Made by a program: the position numbers and the translations under genes. A stretch of 64,000 bases of DNA, taken from contig CAVUCU010000005.1 in assembly GCA_963740085.1 (NCBI GenBank), forward strand, positions 128,001-192,000. The letters run 5' to 3'. This document shows positions 1 through 9,834 of the stretch, one piece after another (position 1 is the first letter of the stretch; each line of letters begins with the position of its first letter). Source of the DNA: Nitrospirota bacterium. GTDB lineage: Bacteria; Nitrospirota; UBA9217. The notes below the pieces were generated by a model, which worked only from the letters and a program-made list of their open reading frames with translations, had not been told where the DNA came from and did no database searches.

Positions 1-1649
1 TCGTTCATAAGATATTCTTTTCTCACACCGATGTCAATAAAATCCCAGGGCAAGCACTCGTTGAACTCACGTCGTCGATACACGTAAAAATCCGTATTGG
101 TCGCTGTTGTTTTCGCGGCCTTTTTCCAGTCCCCGCCGTTCTCGTGAGCAGCCCTGATCATTTTCCCCACCCTCCGGTCGCCGCGCGCGAGCAGTGCCTG
201 GAGATACTCCCACTTCGGAAGGTCATGAATGATGTTCGTGTTCCCGATCGCCCTAACCGCCTTCTCAAGTGAGCGCAATTTCTTATTCAGGCTTTCGACC
301 TGGTCCATCGGCTCCCACTGGAAAGGCGTAAACGGCTTCGGGACAAAGGAGTTCACCGAGAGCGTGATCCGGCCTATCCTGCCGAGAGTCCGTGCGTGTT
401 TGAGCTGCACCTCGTGCACGTTGCGAGCGAGCATGATAATCGCGTCCACATCATCCCGCGTTTCCGTCGGCAAGCCGATAATGAAATACAGTTTGAGGTT
501 CGGGATGCCGTTTCGAAAGATCATATCGGCAGCGCGAAGGATATCTTCTTCAGTAACTCCCTTGTTAATCACGTTACGGAGCCGCTCGGAACCGGCTTCG
601 GGAGCGATGGAAATGGTTTTATGACCGCTCTTGGCGAGCCTTTCGATCAGGGTTTCACTGACCGAGTCAGCACGGAGCGACGAGACCGAGACGCCCCCCT
701 CGATCATTGTGCAAAGATCGTTGATGTCAGGATAGTCCGATAATGCAGCGCCAACGAGTCCGATCTTGCCGCAAAGGTCGTCTGCTTTTGTTGCCTGCTC
801 CTTTGCCCTATCCGCCCTGAGGTTTCGCGGGGGGAGATAGAGAGTGCCTGCCATGCAGAACCGGCAGTGCCTGCCGCATCCCCGGGTGATCTCGGACAGA
901 TACCGGTCGCTGAACTCAGTGTTCGGGGTGAGGATAACGGTTGCCGCCGACGCCGTGCCGAAGTCTTTGACTGTCCTCTTGACGATGCGTTCGGGGGCGG
1001 CGGGTTCAAGGCTCTTTCGTTCCTTGATCGTTCCGTCTTCATGGTAGATGACCTCGTAAAACTCAGGTACGTAGACGCCGGGGATCCCGCTGATCGCGCT
1101 CAGAAGTTCCTGCCGCCCTTTCTCCCGGTTCGCCTTGTATACATCAATGAACTCCCCCGTGATTTCTTCTCCCTCCCCCACGATCACGACATCGACAAAA
1201 TCCGATAGCGGCTCAGGATTGAAAAAGGAACAGATCCCTCCAAGGACCACGAGCGGATCGTCCCCGGTCCGTTCGCGTTTGTCCGCGGGTATGCCAGAGA
1301 GGCGCAGGATAGTGAGAACATTCACATAGTCCTGTTCAAAGGACACGGAGAAGGCCAGGATGTCGAACTCTCTCACCAGCCGCTTGCTCTCGAGGCAGAA
1401 CAGTCTTGTGTCGGTTTTCACATACTCTTCGACATCGTCCTCATCAGGAAGGAACACCCGCTCACAAGCAGTGTCGACGCGTCGGTTCAGGATGGAGTAG
1501 ATCTGGTGAACACCGAGATTCGACATGCCGATGTGGTAGGTATTGGGATAGGCCAGCGCGACCGTTACCTCCGTTCCACGGGCCTTCGAGATCGTCCCGC
1601 GCTCGGCAGCGAGCAGGGCATCGGCTTTCGCCTTGAGTTTCTTCGACAT
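1..1649 (-). CDS. Radical SAM protein (uncharacterised TIGR03960/YgiQ-like family), 3' end truncated by the window edge
   Basis: Not in the ORF track because there is no stop in the window. Manual translation from ATG 1649: MSKKLKAKADALLAAERG..LAYPNTYHIGMSNLG..EITRGCGRHCRFC (CxxxCxxC)..APEAGSERLR..FVPKPFTPFQW; open to base 1. Confidence 0.9.
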   Translation of the reverse strand, partial: MSKKLKAKADALLAAERGTISKARGTEVTVALAYPNTYHIGMSNLGVHQIYSILNRRVDTACERVFLPDEDDVEEYVKTDTRLFCLESKRLVREFDILAFSVSFEQDYVNVLTILRLSGIPADKRERTGDDPLVVLGGICSFFNPEPLSDFVDVVIVGEGEEITGEFIDVYKANREKGRQELLSAISGIPGVYVPEFYEVIYHEDGTIKERKSLEPAAPERIVKRTVKDFGTASAATVILTPNTEFSDRYLSEITRGCGRHCRFCMAGTLYLPPRNLRADRAKEQATKADDLCGKIGLVGAALSDYPDINDLCTMIEGGVSVSSLRADSVSETLIERLAKSGHKTISIAPEAGSERLRNVINKGVTEEDILRAADMIFRNGIPNLKLYFIIGLPTETRDDVDAIIMLARNVHEVQLKHARTLGRIGRITLSVNSFVPKPFTPFQWEPMDQVESLNKKLRSLEKAVRAIGNTNIIHDLPKWEYLQALLARGDRRVGKMIRAAHENGGDWKKAAKTTATNTDFYVYRRREFNECLPWDFIDIGVRKEYLMN

Positions 1650-1655
1650 GGAGGG

Positions 1656-1684
1656 ATTATACTATGCCGGGACGCCGTGCGCAA
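1656..1684 (-). promoter_or_regulatory. sigma70-type promoter of the radical SAM gene
   Basis: TTGCGC-17 nt-TATAAT, ending 6 nt before the ATG. Confidence 0.65.
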
Positions 1685-1808
1685 AACAATTCCTGCAGGA
1701 TATTCTGGTGTTCATTGGAATACGGGGATGAATAGGATTCTCGGAGGGATGCCGAAGGTGCGATCGGATGGTCATCGAACGAGAAGCGCGTGATCGGGGA
1801 CGTGAAGC

Positions 1809-4196
1809 TTATTCTTCACCGTCCAGGATCGCCCGCACCTTTCGCAAGAGGTCGTTCATCGGTGCCGGCTTGTACATAAAGTTCAAACCTTTTTCCAGCA
1901 GCCCTTTTTGACTCATGATATCGGCGGAATATCCGCTGAGAAATAGCGTCTTGATATCAGGCTCGAAGAGCCTGATCTTATCATAGACCTCTTTTCCGTT
2001 CTTTTTCGGCATCATAACGTCTAGAAGGAGCAGTTTGATCGCGTCCCGGTTTAACATGAATTTCTTGACGGCATCCTCCCCGTTTTCCGCCTGAATTACG
2101 GAATAGCCGAACTGTGTCAGAACGTTGGTGATAAAATTTCGCACGATCTCATCATCCTCGGCCACGAGGATGGTCTCTGTGCCTCTTTTGACGGGGGGCA
2201 AATCGCTGGATTGTGTTCCTTCTGTTGCTCCTTGAGCGACCGGCAGATAAATCTTAAGTGTCGTTCCCCTTCCGACTTCGCTTTCAACCTCGATAAATCC
2301 GTTATGCTGCTTGATGATGCCGTAAACCATCGCGAGTCCAAGTCCCGTGCCCTTTCCCACGTCTTTTGTCGTGAAAAAGGGATCAAAGATCCTCTCCTGG
2401 GTCTGCTGATCCATCCCCATGCCCGAGTCCGTGACCAGGATCAGGGCATACGTCCCGGGTTTGCGGACATCATGGGCCTTTGCCGTAGCCTCGTCGAGGT
2501 CAACACGCTGCGTTTCTATATACAGGTATCCGCCGTCCGGCATTGCGTCACGAGCATTGGTCACGAGGTTCATCATTATCTGCTCGAGTTGCCCCGCATC
2601 CGCCAGGACCGTTACATCCTTATCGGTCAGGATACGCTTGAACTCCACGTCATCGCCGACGAGCCTCGCGAAGAGTCGTTCAACCTTAATGATAACTTCA
2701 TTAAGGTTGACCTGCTGGGGGTTCAGGACCTGCTTTCTGCTGTAGGCGAGCAGCCCCTGGGTCAGGCTTGCCGCCCGGTCGGCCGAAGCGAGGATCTGAT
2801 CCACGTTGTGCTTGAGCGGGTCGTCATCCGGCATTTTCATCCGCAAAAGGCTTCCGTATCCGATGATCGCGGTCAGGATATTGTTGAAGTCGTGGGAGAT
2901 CCCACCGGCAAGGGTCCCGATGGATTCCATCTTCTGGGACTGGCGGAGCTGATCTTCGAGCCGTTTCCGTTCCGAAATGTCGATACCGACTCCCACAAGA
3001 TACGGCTTGTCGTTCATGAGCATCCTGAATCCCGTCAGCATGAACGATATCGATACCCCGCTCTTCGTAACCATTTTTGCTTCAACCGAGGCGCTGCCGT
3101 TACGAAACACCTCTTGTATCATTCTACTGACCAGTTCCCGGTCCTCCCGGAAAAAATCGAGCGCATTCTTGTTTATGAGCTCTTCTGCTGAATAACCGGT
3201 CACCTCTCGCATATTTTTGTTCCATCGAATTACGTTTCCCGCCTCGCTAACGATATAGAACAGCCCGGGCAGGCTGTCGATGACCACATCGGAGAATTTT
3301 CGCTCCTCCAGCAGCGCCACCTCTGCCTTCCGGTGCTCGGTCACATCGATGCCGGTCGGGATCACGTACTCGACCGAACCGTCAGCGGCAAAGAGCGCGG
3401 TATTCGTCCAGGCGATCAGCTTTCGCTGCCCGTCCTTCGCTACCCAGTAGTTCTCGTATTTGTTCGGAAACATGCCTGAGGTGAGAGTGCTAAAGACTTT
3501 TTTTACGCCTTCGACCTGTTCCGGCGGCAGTAAAAAGTCCCATACGAACCGCCCCTGGACCTCCTCTAATGAGTAGCCGCTCACCAACTCACACGCACGG
3601 TTGAAACGGGCGATCCTGCCGTCACGGTCGAGCACAAGAACAATGGCGCCCACGGTGTCCAGCACTGTTGACACGAAATCGCGTTCTTTTTTAAGGTTTT
3701 CCTCCGCCTTTTTTTGCTCGGTAACGTCGCGGGTTATCCCGAGAAGGGCGATGATCTCATCCTCGTCATTGCGAAGGGGAACGGCATGGGTATCAAGCCA
3801 AAGCAGCCTACCCTTTATACCGGTCATCTTAAAGGTCAGTGTCCCTGACTTTCCCTGAAAGACGTCTTCCGTGAGTTTTCTGAAGGCCTCACGATATTCC
3901 GGAACAACAAGGGGATAAATCGATTTGCCCCTGGCCTGATCGGGCGACTCCACCTGGATCATCTCCAGTCCCGCGCGGTTCATCATGATCAGGGTGCCGT
4001 CGGAAGAAACGAGCTTGACGCATTCCGGCTCGGTCTCAATAATGGTCTGGAGAAATTTTTTGCTCTCACTGAGCGTTGTTTCCACCTGTTTGCTATAGGC
4101 GTTGTTATTCACCCGGAGAACTTCCCGAGTCACAGCACCGGCCTTCTCGGAACCATCATGTGGACCATCGGTATGGCGTTTTCTTTTTTTAATCAT
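1809..4196 (-). CDS. Cytoplasmic hybrid sensor histidine kinase (3 PAS + HisKA + HATPase_c + REC)
   Basis: Three PAS/PAC repeats, H-box LAGGISHDFNN, N-box NLVTNARDAM, FFTTKDVGKGTGLGL, REC with LLDVMMP. Confidence 0.95.
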   Translation of the reverse strand: MIKKRKRHTDGPHDGSEKAGAVTREVLRVNNNAYSKQVETTLSESKKFLQTIIETEPECVKLVSSDGTLIMMNRAGLEMIQVESPDQARGKSIYPLVVPEYREAFRKLTEDVFQGKSGTLTFKMTGIKGRLLWLDTHAVPLRNDEDEIIALLGITRDVTEQKKAEENLKKERDFVSTVLDTVGAIVLVLDRDGRIARFNRACELVSGYSLEEVQGRFVWDFLLPPEQVEGVKKVFSTLTSGMFPNKYENYWVAKDGQRKLIAWTNTALFAADGSVEYVIPTGIDVTEHRKAEVALLEERKFSDVVIDSLPGLFYIVSEAGNVIRWNKNMREVTGYSAEELINKNALDFFREDRELVSRMIQEVFRNGSASVEAKMVTKSGVSISFMLTGFRMLMNDKPYLVGVGIDISERKRLEDQLRQSQKMESIGTLAGGISHDFNNILTAIIGYGSLLRMKMPDDDPLKHNVDQILASADRAASLTQGLLAYSRKQVLNPQQVNLNEVIIKVERLFARLVGDDVEFKRILTDKDVTVLADAGQLEQIMMNLVTNARDAMPDGGYLYIETQRVDLDEATAKAHDVRKPGTYALILVTDSGMGMDQQTQERIFDPFFTTKDVGKGTGLGLAMVYGIIKQHNGFIEVESEVGRGTTLKIYLPVAQGATEGTQSSDLPPVKRGTETILVAEDDEIVRNFITNVLTQFGYSVIQAENGEDAVKKFMLNRDAIKLLLLDVMMPKKNGKEVYDKIRLFEPDIKTLFLSGYSADIMSQKGLLEKGLNFMYKPAPMNDLLRKVRAILDGEE

Positions 4197-4534
4197 TTCG
4201 GATCACGTCCATGAACAGGGTGCGGGGATGTTTATGCTTGCCGGAGGACTCGAAGCGTGTCGATTTCCACACACCTGAGCCTCAATAATACGTTCAAAAC
4301 CACCAAAAGTATACCAAAAAAAAGGCACGTATTGTTTTTATTTTTTCAATGGATCCTCAGGTTATGATCTTTGAAAAGACCGCATGCACGTTTTATTGAT
4401 TATGTAGCGACGGCCTGATGCCGGGCGCTAAATTGAGCTATAATAATACCTACAATAGTTTGGGAAAAAGGCTATCCTCCATATCCATCTTTTTTCATAA
4501 TAAGGTCTCAAGAGAACCAACCGGGAGGTTCACC

Positions 4535-4930
4535 ATGAAACGAACACTGTATATCATCGCAATCGTGCTTTTCACTACCCTCAACCCGTTCTTATCACCC
4601 GCAGATGAACAAGCTAAGAAGTCAACCGTGCCTGAAATTTTACAACAAAAAGAACAATACGAGAAGAATATGGAAGAGCGGCTCGGAAAGCTCGGCAGGC
4701 AACTCGACGATCTTAAGGCAAAGGTTGCGAAAATGACAACGGGGGCGCAAAAAGATATAAAACAGCAACTGGCAGAGGCCGAGAAAAAACAGAAGGCGGT
4801 GTCCCGGAAACTTGACGCGCTGAGACGTAAATCGGAAAAAGAATGGAAAAATTTTTCCACCCATGTGGACGAGGCGTGGGATGAATTCGAAAAGGCCTAT
4901 GAAAAGGCAAAAGCTCACTTCAAGGAGTAG
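4535..4930 (+). CDS. Small exported coiled-coil protein
   Basis: GGAGG SD 6 nt before ATG 4535; signal-peptide-like MKRTLYIIAIVLFTTLNPFLSPA followed by K/E/Q-rich helices. Confidence 0.75.
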   Translation: MKRTLYIIAIVLFTTLNPFLSPADEQAKKSTVPEILQQKEQYEKNMEERLGKLGRQLDDLKAKVAKMTTGAQKDIKQQLAEAEKKQKAVSRKLDALRRKSEKEWKNFSTHVDEAWDEFEKAYEKAKAHFKE

Positions 4931-5022
4931 CTCTGTTGTGAGGATACTCGATTCCGAGGGTTTGGTCATATCCCCGTGGTCGCACCCATCTCACGGCGAC
5001 AGTTCCCCGAAGAATCTCCTAT

Positions 5023-5075
5023 AAAAAAAGGATGCCGATGCAACAAGGCTTTCTAGTCCCGTTCCATCCGCATCC
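5023..5075 (-). terminator. Intrinsic terminator of the DRE-TIM/Cache gene
   Basis: Long imperfect hairpin GGATGC..GCATCC followed by T7 on the minus strand. Confidence 0.7.
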
Positions 5076-5096
5076 CTTGTTTGAACGACTCGATGC

Positions 5097-6884
5097 TTAC
5101 TCCGCCCGCACCAGGTCCTCGAACCTGATATCCACGCCGAACACGCCGACGATCTCGCTGTTGTCATTGCTGATGGGCGCCGAAACCGTGATGCAGAGCG
5201 CGCCGGTGATCTTCGAGGTATAGAAGTCCGACACGAAGCTCTTGCCGTCCTTCATCGGATTGATGAACCACGAACGGTCCGAGAAGTTATCGCCCAGCCC
5301 GGCGGTCTCGTACTTCGCCTTGTTCTCGATATCCGTGATGTTTTTGGTGATCTTTTTACCCTCTCTATTCACTACATAGGCGAACTGGATGTAAGGATCT
5401 TCCCGCTGGAGCTTCTCCATCACCGGTTCCTGCTTCGCCGGATCCATGGACCGGATATCCGGCCGTTCAACAAAGTTCTCAACGATGTGGCGCGCCACTT
5501 CCGATGCTTTCTTTTTCAGCCGGTCAAGGTCGGAGACGAAGTACTCGGGGAGGGACTTTTTCGCCCGCTCCTGCAGTTCGTCGTGGGAGATGCTCGTGGT
5601 GCGTCCCTGTTCATACTGTTCCAATACCCACTTGTTCATCGTAGCGAGACCCGGGTGTCGCTTGTCAATTTTTTTGTCCGCATCCAGCCCAAGGTGGCTG
5701 TTCACCCAGTGGGCAATGCCCGCGATGCCGGATTTGTCCGTAATGATCACTCCCATCGGCCGCTTCAGGATCTTCGTGGTATCGAAGATGTTGTAGATCT
5801 CCTCGTTCTTCATCATGCCGTCGGCATGGATACCCGCGCTCGTGGAGTTGAACTCCGAGCCGACAAAAGGATAGTTCGAAGGGATGGGGAAGCCCAGCTC
5901 GCGCCGGAAGTATTCGGCCATTTCGGTGATCGCCGTGGTGTCGATCCCTTCCCCGTTCCCCGTGAGGCTGATGTAGTCGATCAGCAGCGCCTCGACCGGC
6001 GTGTTTCCCGTTCGCTCGCCAAAACCCAGGAGCGCTCCATTCACAGCGGCGCAGCCGTACATCCATGCGGCCACGCCGTTCACGAGCCCTTTGTGAAAGT
6101 CATTGTGGCCATGCCATTCGAGCTGCTCCGAAGGCACCCCTCCATCATGGATCAGGGAATAGAATATCTCAGGCACGCCGCGCGGGAGGGCAGTGCCCGG
6201 GAAGGGAAAACCGTAGCCCATGGTGTCGCAGGCCCGGACCTTGACCGGGATCTTGGCCGCCTCTGAGAGCTTCATCAGCTCCTGCACAAAGGGGATGACG
6301 AAACCGTAGAAGTCAGCCCGCGTAATGTCCTCGAGGTGGCAGCGCGGAACGATGCCCTGATCCAGTGCCGTAACAACGATGTCGAGATATTGCTGGAGCG
6401 CTTCCTTGCGGGACAGATTGAGCTTTAGAAAGATGTGGTAGTCGGAGCACGAGGTGAGAATGCCCGTTTCCTTGAGTCCGATCTCCTTCACCAGCTTGAA
6501 GTCTTTCTTGTTCGCCCTGATCCAGCCGGTGATCTCAGGGAAACGATAACCTCGCTCCATGCAGAGCTTCACCGCTTCCCGGTCCTTGTCAGAGTAAAGG
6601 AAGAATTCGGTCTGCCGGATAACGCCGTTCGGCCCGCTCATCCGGTGCATGAAGTCAAAGATGTCGGCGATCTGATCGGGCGTATAGGGCGGCCGCGACT
6701 GTTGACCATCGCGAAACGTGGTGTCCGTGATCCAAATGTCCTTCGGAATATTGGTCTGGATCATTCGGTCCTCGAGTACTACCCGGGGCACGTTTGAATA
6801 GGGGAACATGTCCCGGTACAATACCGGCTCTTTTACGTTCTTGAGGTCAAAGGGTGTTTTGATTGTCTGCTTTTTGATGGTCAA
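5097..6884 (-). CDS. Re-citrate synthase-like DRE-TIM (LeuA superfamily) enzyme with C-terminal Cache/PDC domain
   Basis: ITDTTFRDGQQ, HGHNDF, GERTGN, AGIHADG motifs; C-terminal FSDRSWF..VSDFYTS..ITVSAPI..GVFGVDI. TTG start 6884 has GGAGG 5 nt upstream. Confidence 0.8.
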   Translation of the reverse strand: MTIKKQTIKTPFDLKNVKEPVLYRDMFPYSNVPRVVLEDRMIQTNIPKDIWITDTTFRDGQQSRPPYTPDQIADIFDFMHRMSGPNGVIRQTEFFLYSDKDREAVKLCMERGYRFPEITGWIRANKKDFKLVKEIGLKETGILTSCSDYHIFLKLNLSRKEALQQYLDIVVTALDQGIVPRCHLEDITRADFYGFVIPFVQELMKLSEAAKIPVKVRACDTMGYGFPFPGTALPRGVPEIFYSLIHDGGVPSEQLEWHGHNDFHKGLVNGVAAWMYGCAAVNGALLGFGERTGNTPVEALLIDYISLTGNGEGIDTTAITEMAEYFRRELGFPIPSNYPFVGSEFNSTSAGIHADGMMKNEEIYNIFDTTKILKRPMGVIITDKSGIAGIAHWVNSHLGLDADKKIDKRHPGLATMNKWVLEQYEQGRTTSISHDELQERAKKSLPEYFVSDLDRLKKKASEVARHIVENFVERPDIRSMDPAKQEPVMEKLQREDPYIQFAYVVNREGKKITKNITDIENKAKYETAGLGDNFSDRSWFINPMKDGKSFVSDFYTSKITGALCITVSAPISNDNSEIVGVFGVDIRFEDLVRAE

Positions 6885-6908
6885 TTTAACCTCCCTGACT
6901 TGAAACAA

Positions 6909-7002
6909 TTTCTAAATTCGAATATCAAAATCCGAACGCTTCGTATGGAAATTTGAAGATTGGTATTTGTTTCGGATTTAGTATTTAGTGCTTCGAGTTT
7001 GC
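6909..7002. repeat. Heptamer-periodic intergenic inverted repeat (AT-rich family)
   Basis: AAATTCG AATATCA AAATCCG AAC ... GTTT CGGATTT AGTATTT AGTGCTT CGAGTTT. Confidence 0.75.
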
Positions 7003-7003
7003 A

Positions 7004-7663
7004 TCATCTTCCCCGTATCCCCCTGATCGCCGCCGCATAATCCTTCTTACCGAAAACCGCCGAACCTGCCACAAGGATATCAGCACCCGCGTCGATGATC
7101 TGTGCCGCATTCTCGGGCTTTACCCCGCCGTCCACCTCGATCTCGATCTTCAAGCCCAACCCGTCAATACGTTTCCGAAGCTGCTGGATCTTGCCCATGG
7201 CCGAGGGAATGAACGACTGCCCGCCAAAGCCCGGGTTCACGGACATAATGAGAACCATGTCGAGTTCGGGCAGAATATAATCAAGGCACGAAAGAGGCGT
7301 AGCGGGGTTCAGTGCCGCTGCAGCCTTCACGCCCTTGTGCTCCCGGATCGACTGGATAAGCCTGTTCAGGTGAAATCCGGTCTCCACGTGTACCGTAATA
7401 TAATCGGCCCCTGCCTTTGCAAAATCTGCAATGTACAGCTCCGGGTTGGTGATCATCAGGTGTACATCGAGCGGTAATGTGGTGGACCTGCGGGCTGCCT
7501 CAACGATCAGCGGGCCGATGGTGATATTCGGCACAAAGTGCCCGTCCATCACGTCGACATGAATAACATCGGCACCGGCTGCCTCGACCGCTTTGATCTC
7601 CTCGCCCAACCGGGAGAAGTCGGCGGAAAGAATGGAGGGGGCTATCTTGATCTTTTTCGTCAT
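7004..7663 (-). CDS. rpe: Ribulose-phosphate 3-epimerase
   Basis: [36 protein letters not shown]. Confidence 0.97.
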   Translation of the reverse strand: MTKKIKIAPSILSADFSRLGEEIKAVEAAGADVIHVDVMDGHFVPNITIGPLIVEAARRSTTLPLDVHLMITNPELYIADFAKAGADYITVHVETGFHLNRLIQSIREHKGVKAAAALNPATPLSCLDYILPELDMVLIMSVNPGFGGQSFIPSAMGKIQQLRKRIDGLGLKIEIEVDGGVKPENAAQIIDAGADILVAGSAVFGKKDYAAAIRGIRGR

Positions 7664-7694
7664 GGTATTCCTCAAAAAATTGCGCGCAGCGCGC

Positions 7695-8411
7695 TCATCT
7701 GCTCACCACAATCTCCACTGTTGTATCCATGGAAACGGGCGACCCGGCCATCGGCTTCTGGTGGATGACAATCCGGTCCGTTCCTATTTCCCTGTCCCCC
7801 GGCGACCCCGTGGTGACCCTGCGCTGCAGGCCAAGCCTGTCGACAATCTTGAGCGCCTCTTCCGCTTTTTTCCCCGTCAACACCGGCATGACATACTGAG
7901 GCGCTTTATTGCCGGTACTGATGAGCATGCTGATACTGCCCCCCTTTTCAAGCGGGCTGCCGGCCTCCGGCTCCTGCGCGATCACGATATCTCGCTCCAC
8001 TCGGTCAGAGGACACCCTTGACACCGTGCCGGGTGAAAAGCCCGCCTGCCGTATCATGATATCGGCCTTACGAAAGTTTTCTCCCACCAGCTTTAACGTC
8101 TGGGTGTCACTTGGCCCCTGGCTGACGACCACGTGCACTTGCCGGCCCTTTTTTATCCCGCCCCCCGGCGCCGGCGATTGCGAAATTACCGAGTCTCTCG
8201 GCAGGGTTGGATGAGATTCCCTCCGGTCCACCTTGAGCTGCAATCCCTGCTGAGCAACGGTCTCGATCACGTTCACAATGTCCTGTCCCACAAGGTCAGG
8301 CACGCGCACCTCTTCCTGTCGGAGAAGCAACGCAACAACGGCGAATGCGCTCACAATTCCCACGCCGATAAGTGCAATGAATAAACCCAGACCTTTTAGA
8401 AACCGTACCAT
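7695..8411 (-). CDS. Membrane-anchored PASTA-domain protein (3 PASTA repeats, no kinase domain)
   Basis: N-terminal TM helix; [41 protein letters not shown]. Confidence 0.88.
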   Translation of the reverse strand: MVRFLKGLGLFIALIGVGIVSAFAVVALLLRQEEVRVPDLVGQDIVNVIETVAQQGLQLKVDRRESHPTLPRDSVISQSPAPGGGIKKGRQVHVVVSQGPSDTQTLKLVGENFRKADIMIRQAGFSPGTVSRVSSDRVERDIVIAQEPEAGSPLEKGGSISMLISTGNKAPQYVMPVLTGKKAEEALKIVDRLGLQRRVTTGSPGDREIGTDRIVIHQKPMAGSPVSMDTTVEIVVSR

Positions 8412-8473
8412 GTTAGAACACGCATTTTACCATAGTAAATTTACAATGCAAGAACTTCTGATACCGGAGAATC

Positions 8474-9834
8474 CTATGCCCCTGGACCCTCCGTTCTTTT
8501 CACCATCCTCACACCGAAGAACCCGTCCATCTCCGCAGCCTGCGGGAACGTCCTGAAGAAGCCCTCTGCCGTCACAAGCGCTGCCGCTGCCTGCGAAAGA
8601 AAGGGGCGCGGATCATCGATTCTGAAGGAGCTTCCCGGTCCGGCAAGAAACCAGGCAATAGCGTTTTCGTTCTCTTCGGGCTCCGTCGTACAGGTGGCGT
8701 AAACGAGCGTCCCGCCCGGCTTCAGCAGGGAGGCACAGTTCTCGAGAATCCGCCTCTGGAGCGCCGTATGCTCACTCACCGTCCGCTCTGTCTTGTTCCA
8801 CCTGCCGTCAGGATGCCTGCGCAGCACACCCAGGCCGGAGCAGGGCGCATCGATAAGGACCCTGTCAAAGACCCCTGCATGATACTTCGATGCATCACCC
8901 TGCAATGGCGAGATGATCGTGGTCCCGAGACGCCTGCTGTTCTCGCGGATCTTCGCGATCCGTGAAGCATCAAGCTCGAGCGCCACGACCATGCCCTGGT
9001 CGTGCATCAGTTCGGCCAGGTGCGTTGCCTTGCCGCCGGGGGCCGCGCAGGCATCCATGATCGTCTCGCCGGGCTGAGGCGCGAGCAGAAGGCTGATAAG
9101 CTGAGCAGCCTGGTCCTGGACCATGAACCAGCCGTCTCGATAGGCCTGAAGCGTGCGCAGCCACTGAGGTGAGGAATGAATGTCGAGACCGACAGGAGAT
9201 CGGGTCGTCTCCGATACCTGCACACCCTCGGCTTCCAGCGCGGCCCGGAGAGCGGACCGCGTTGTCTTAAGCCTATTCGTCCTGATCGTGAGAAGTGCGG
9301 GACGATTGTTCTCGAGGAGCAGCGTCTCCGTCGTCTCAGCGCCGTAACGCGAGACCCAGCGTTTCACGAGCCAGGCCGGGTGCGAGTAGAGCATCGACAG
9401 CCGCTCGACCGGGTCCCCGGATTCCGGATAGGTGATCGTGCTCCGCTTTCTGTCCAGACCCCTGAGCAAGCCGTTCACATACCCGTGCTTGTTGCCATGC
9501 TCTTTCGCGAGTTCCACGGAGGTGTTCACGGCAGCGCTCACCGGCACGCGGTCAAGGAAGAGCATCTGGTAGGCGCCGAGCCGCAGGATATTGCGGGTCC
9601 GGACATCGGTTTTTTCCACGGGCTGGACGGAGAATTGGTTCAGCGTCCAGTCAAGCAGGGCACTGATTCCTGAGCACACCATATACAAGCTCAAGAAGGA
9701 AGGCGCTGTCGCGGGCATCCAGGGACTCGTCGCGCCTTGGCAAGCGGCGTATCGATAAATACGCCGTCTTCGGTACGGCAAAGGATCGTGAGCGCCGTCT
9801 CCCGCGTGATATCCTTAAGCGGCACGGGGTTCAC
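8474..9834 (-). pseudogene. rsmB: 16S rRNA m5C967 methyltransferase RsmB with two apparent +1 frameshifts in the N-terminal NusB-like domain
   Basis: Intact catalytic part (VQD, DACAAPGGK, DAPCSG, YATCT). The N-terminus reads across three frames: TRETALTIL..LAKAR / SLDARDSAFLLELVYGVLRN / ALLDWTL. Could be an assembly error rather than a real pseudogene. Confidence 0.8.

Noticed and set aside
229-1793. Many short ORFs in the track over the first 1.8 kb
   Set aside because: They are shadows of the minus-strand radical SAM gene, which the track missed because it runs off the window.
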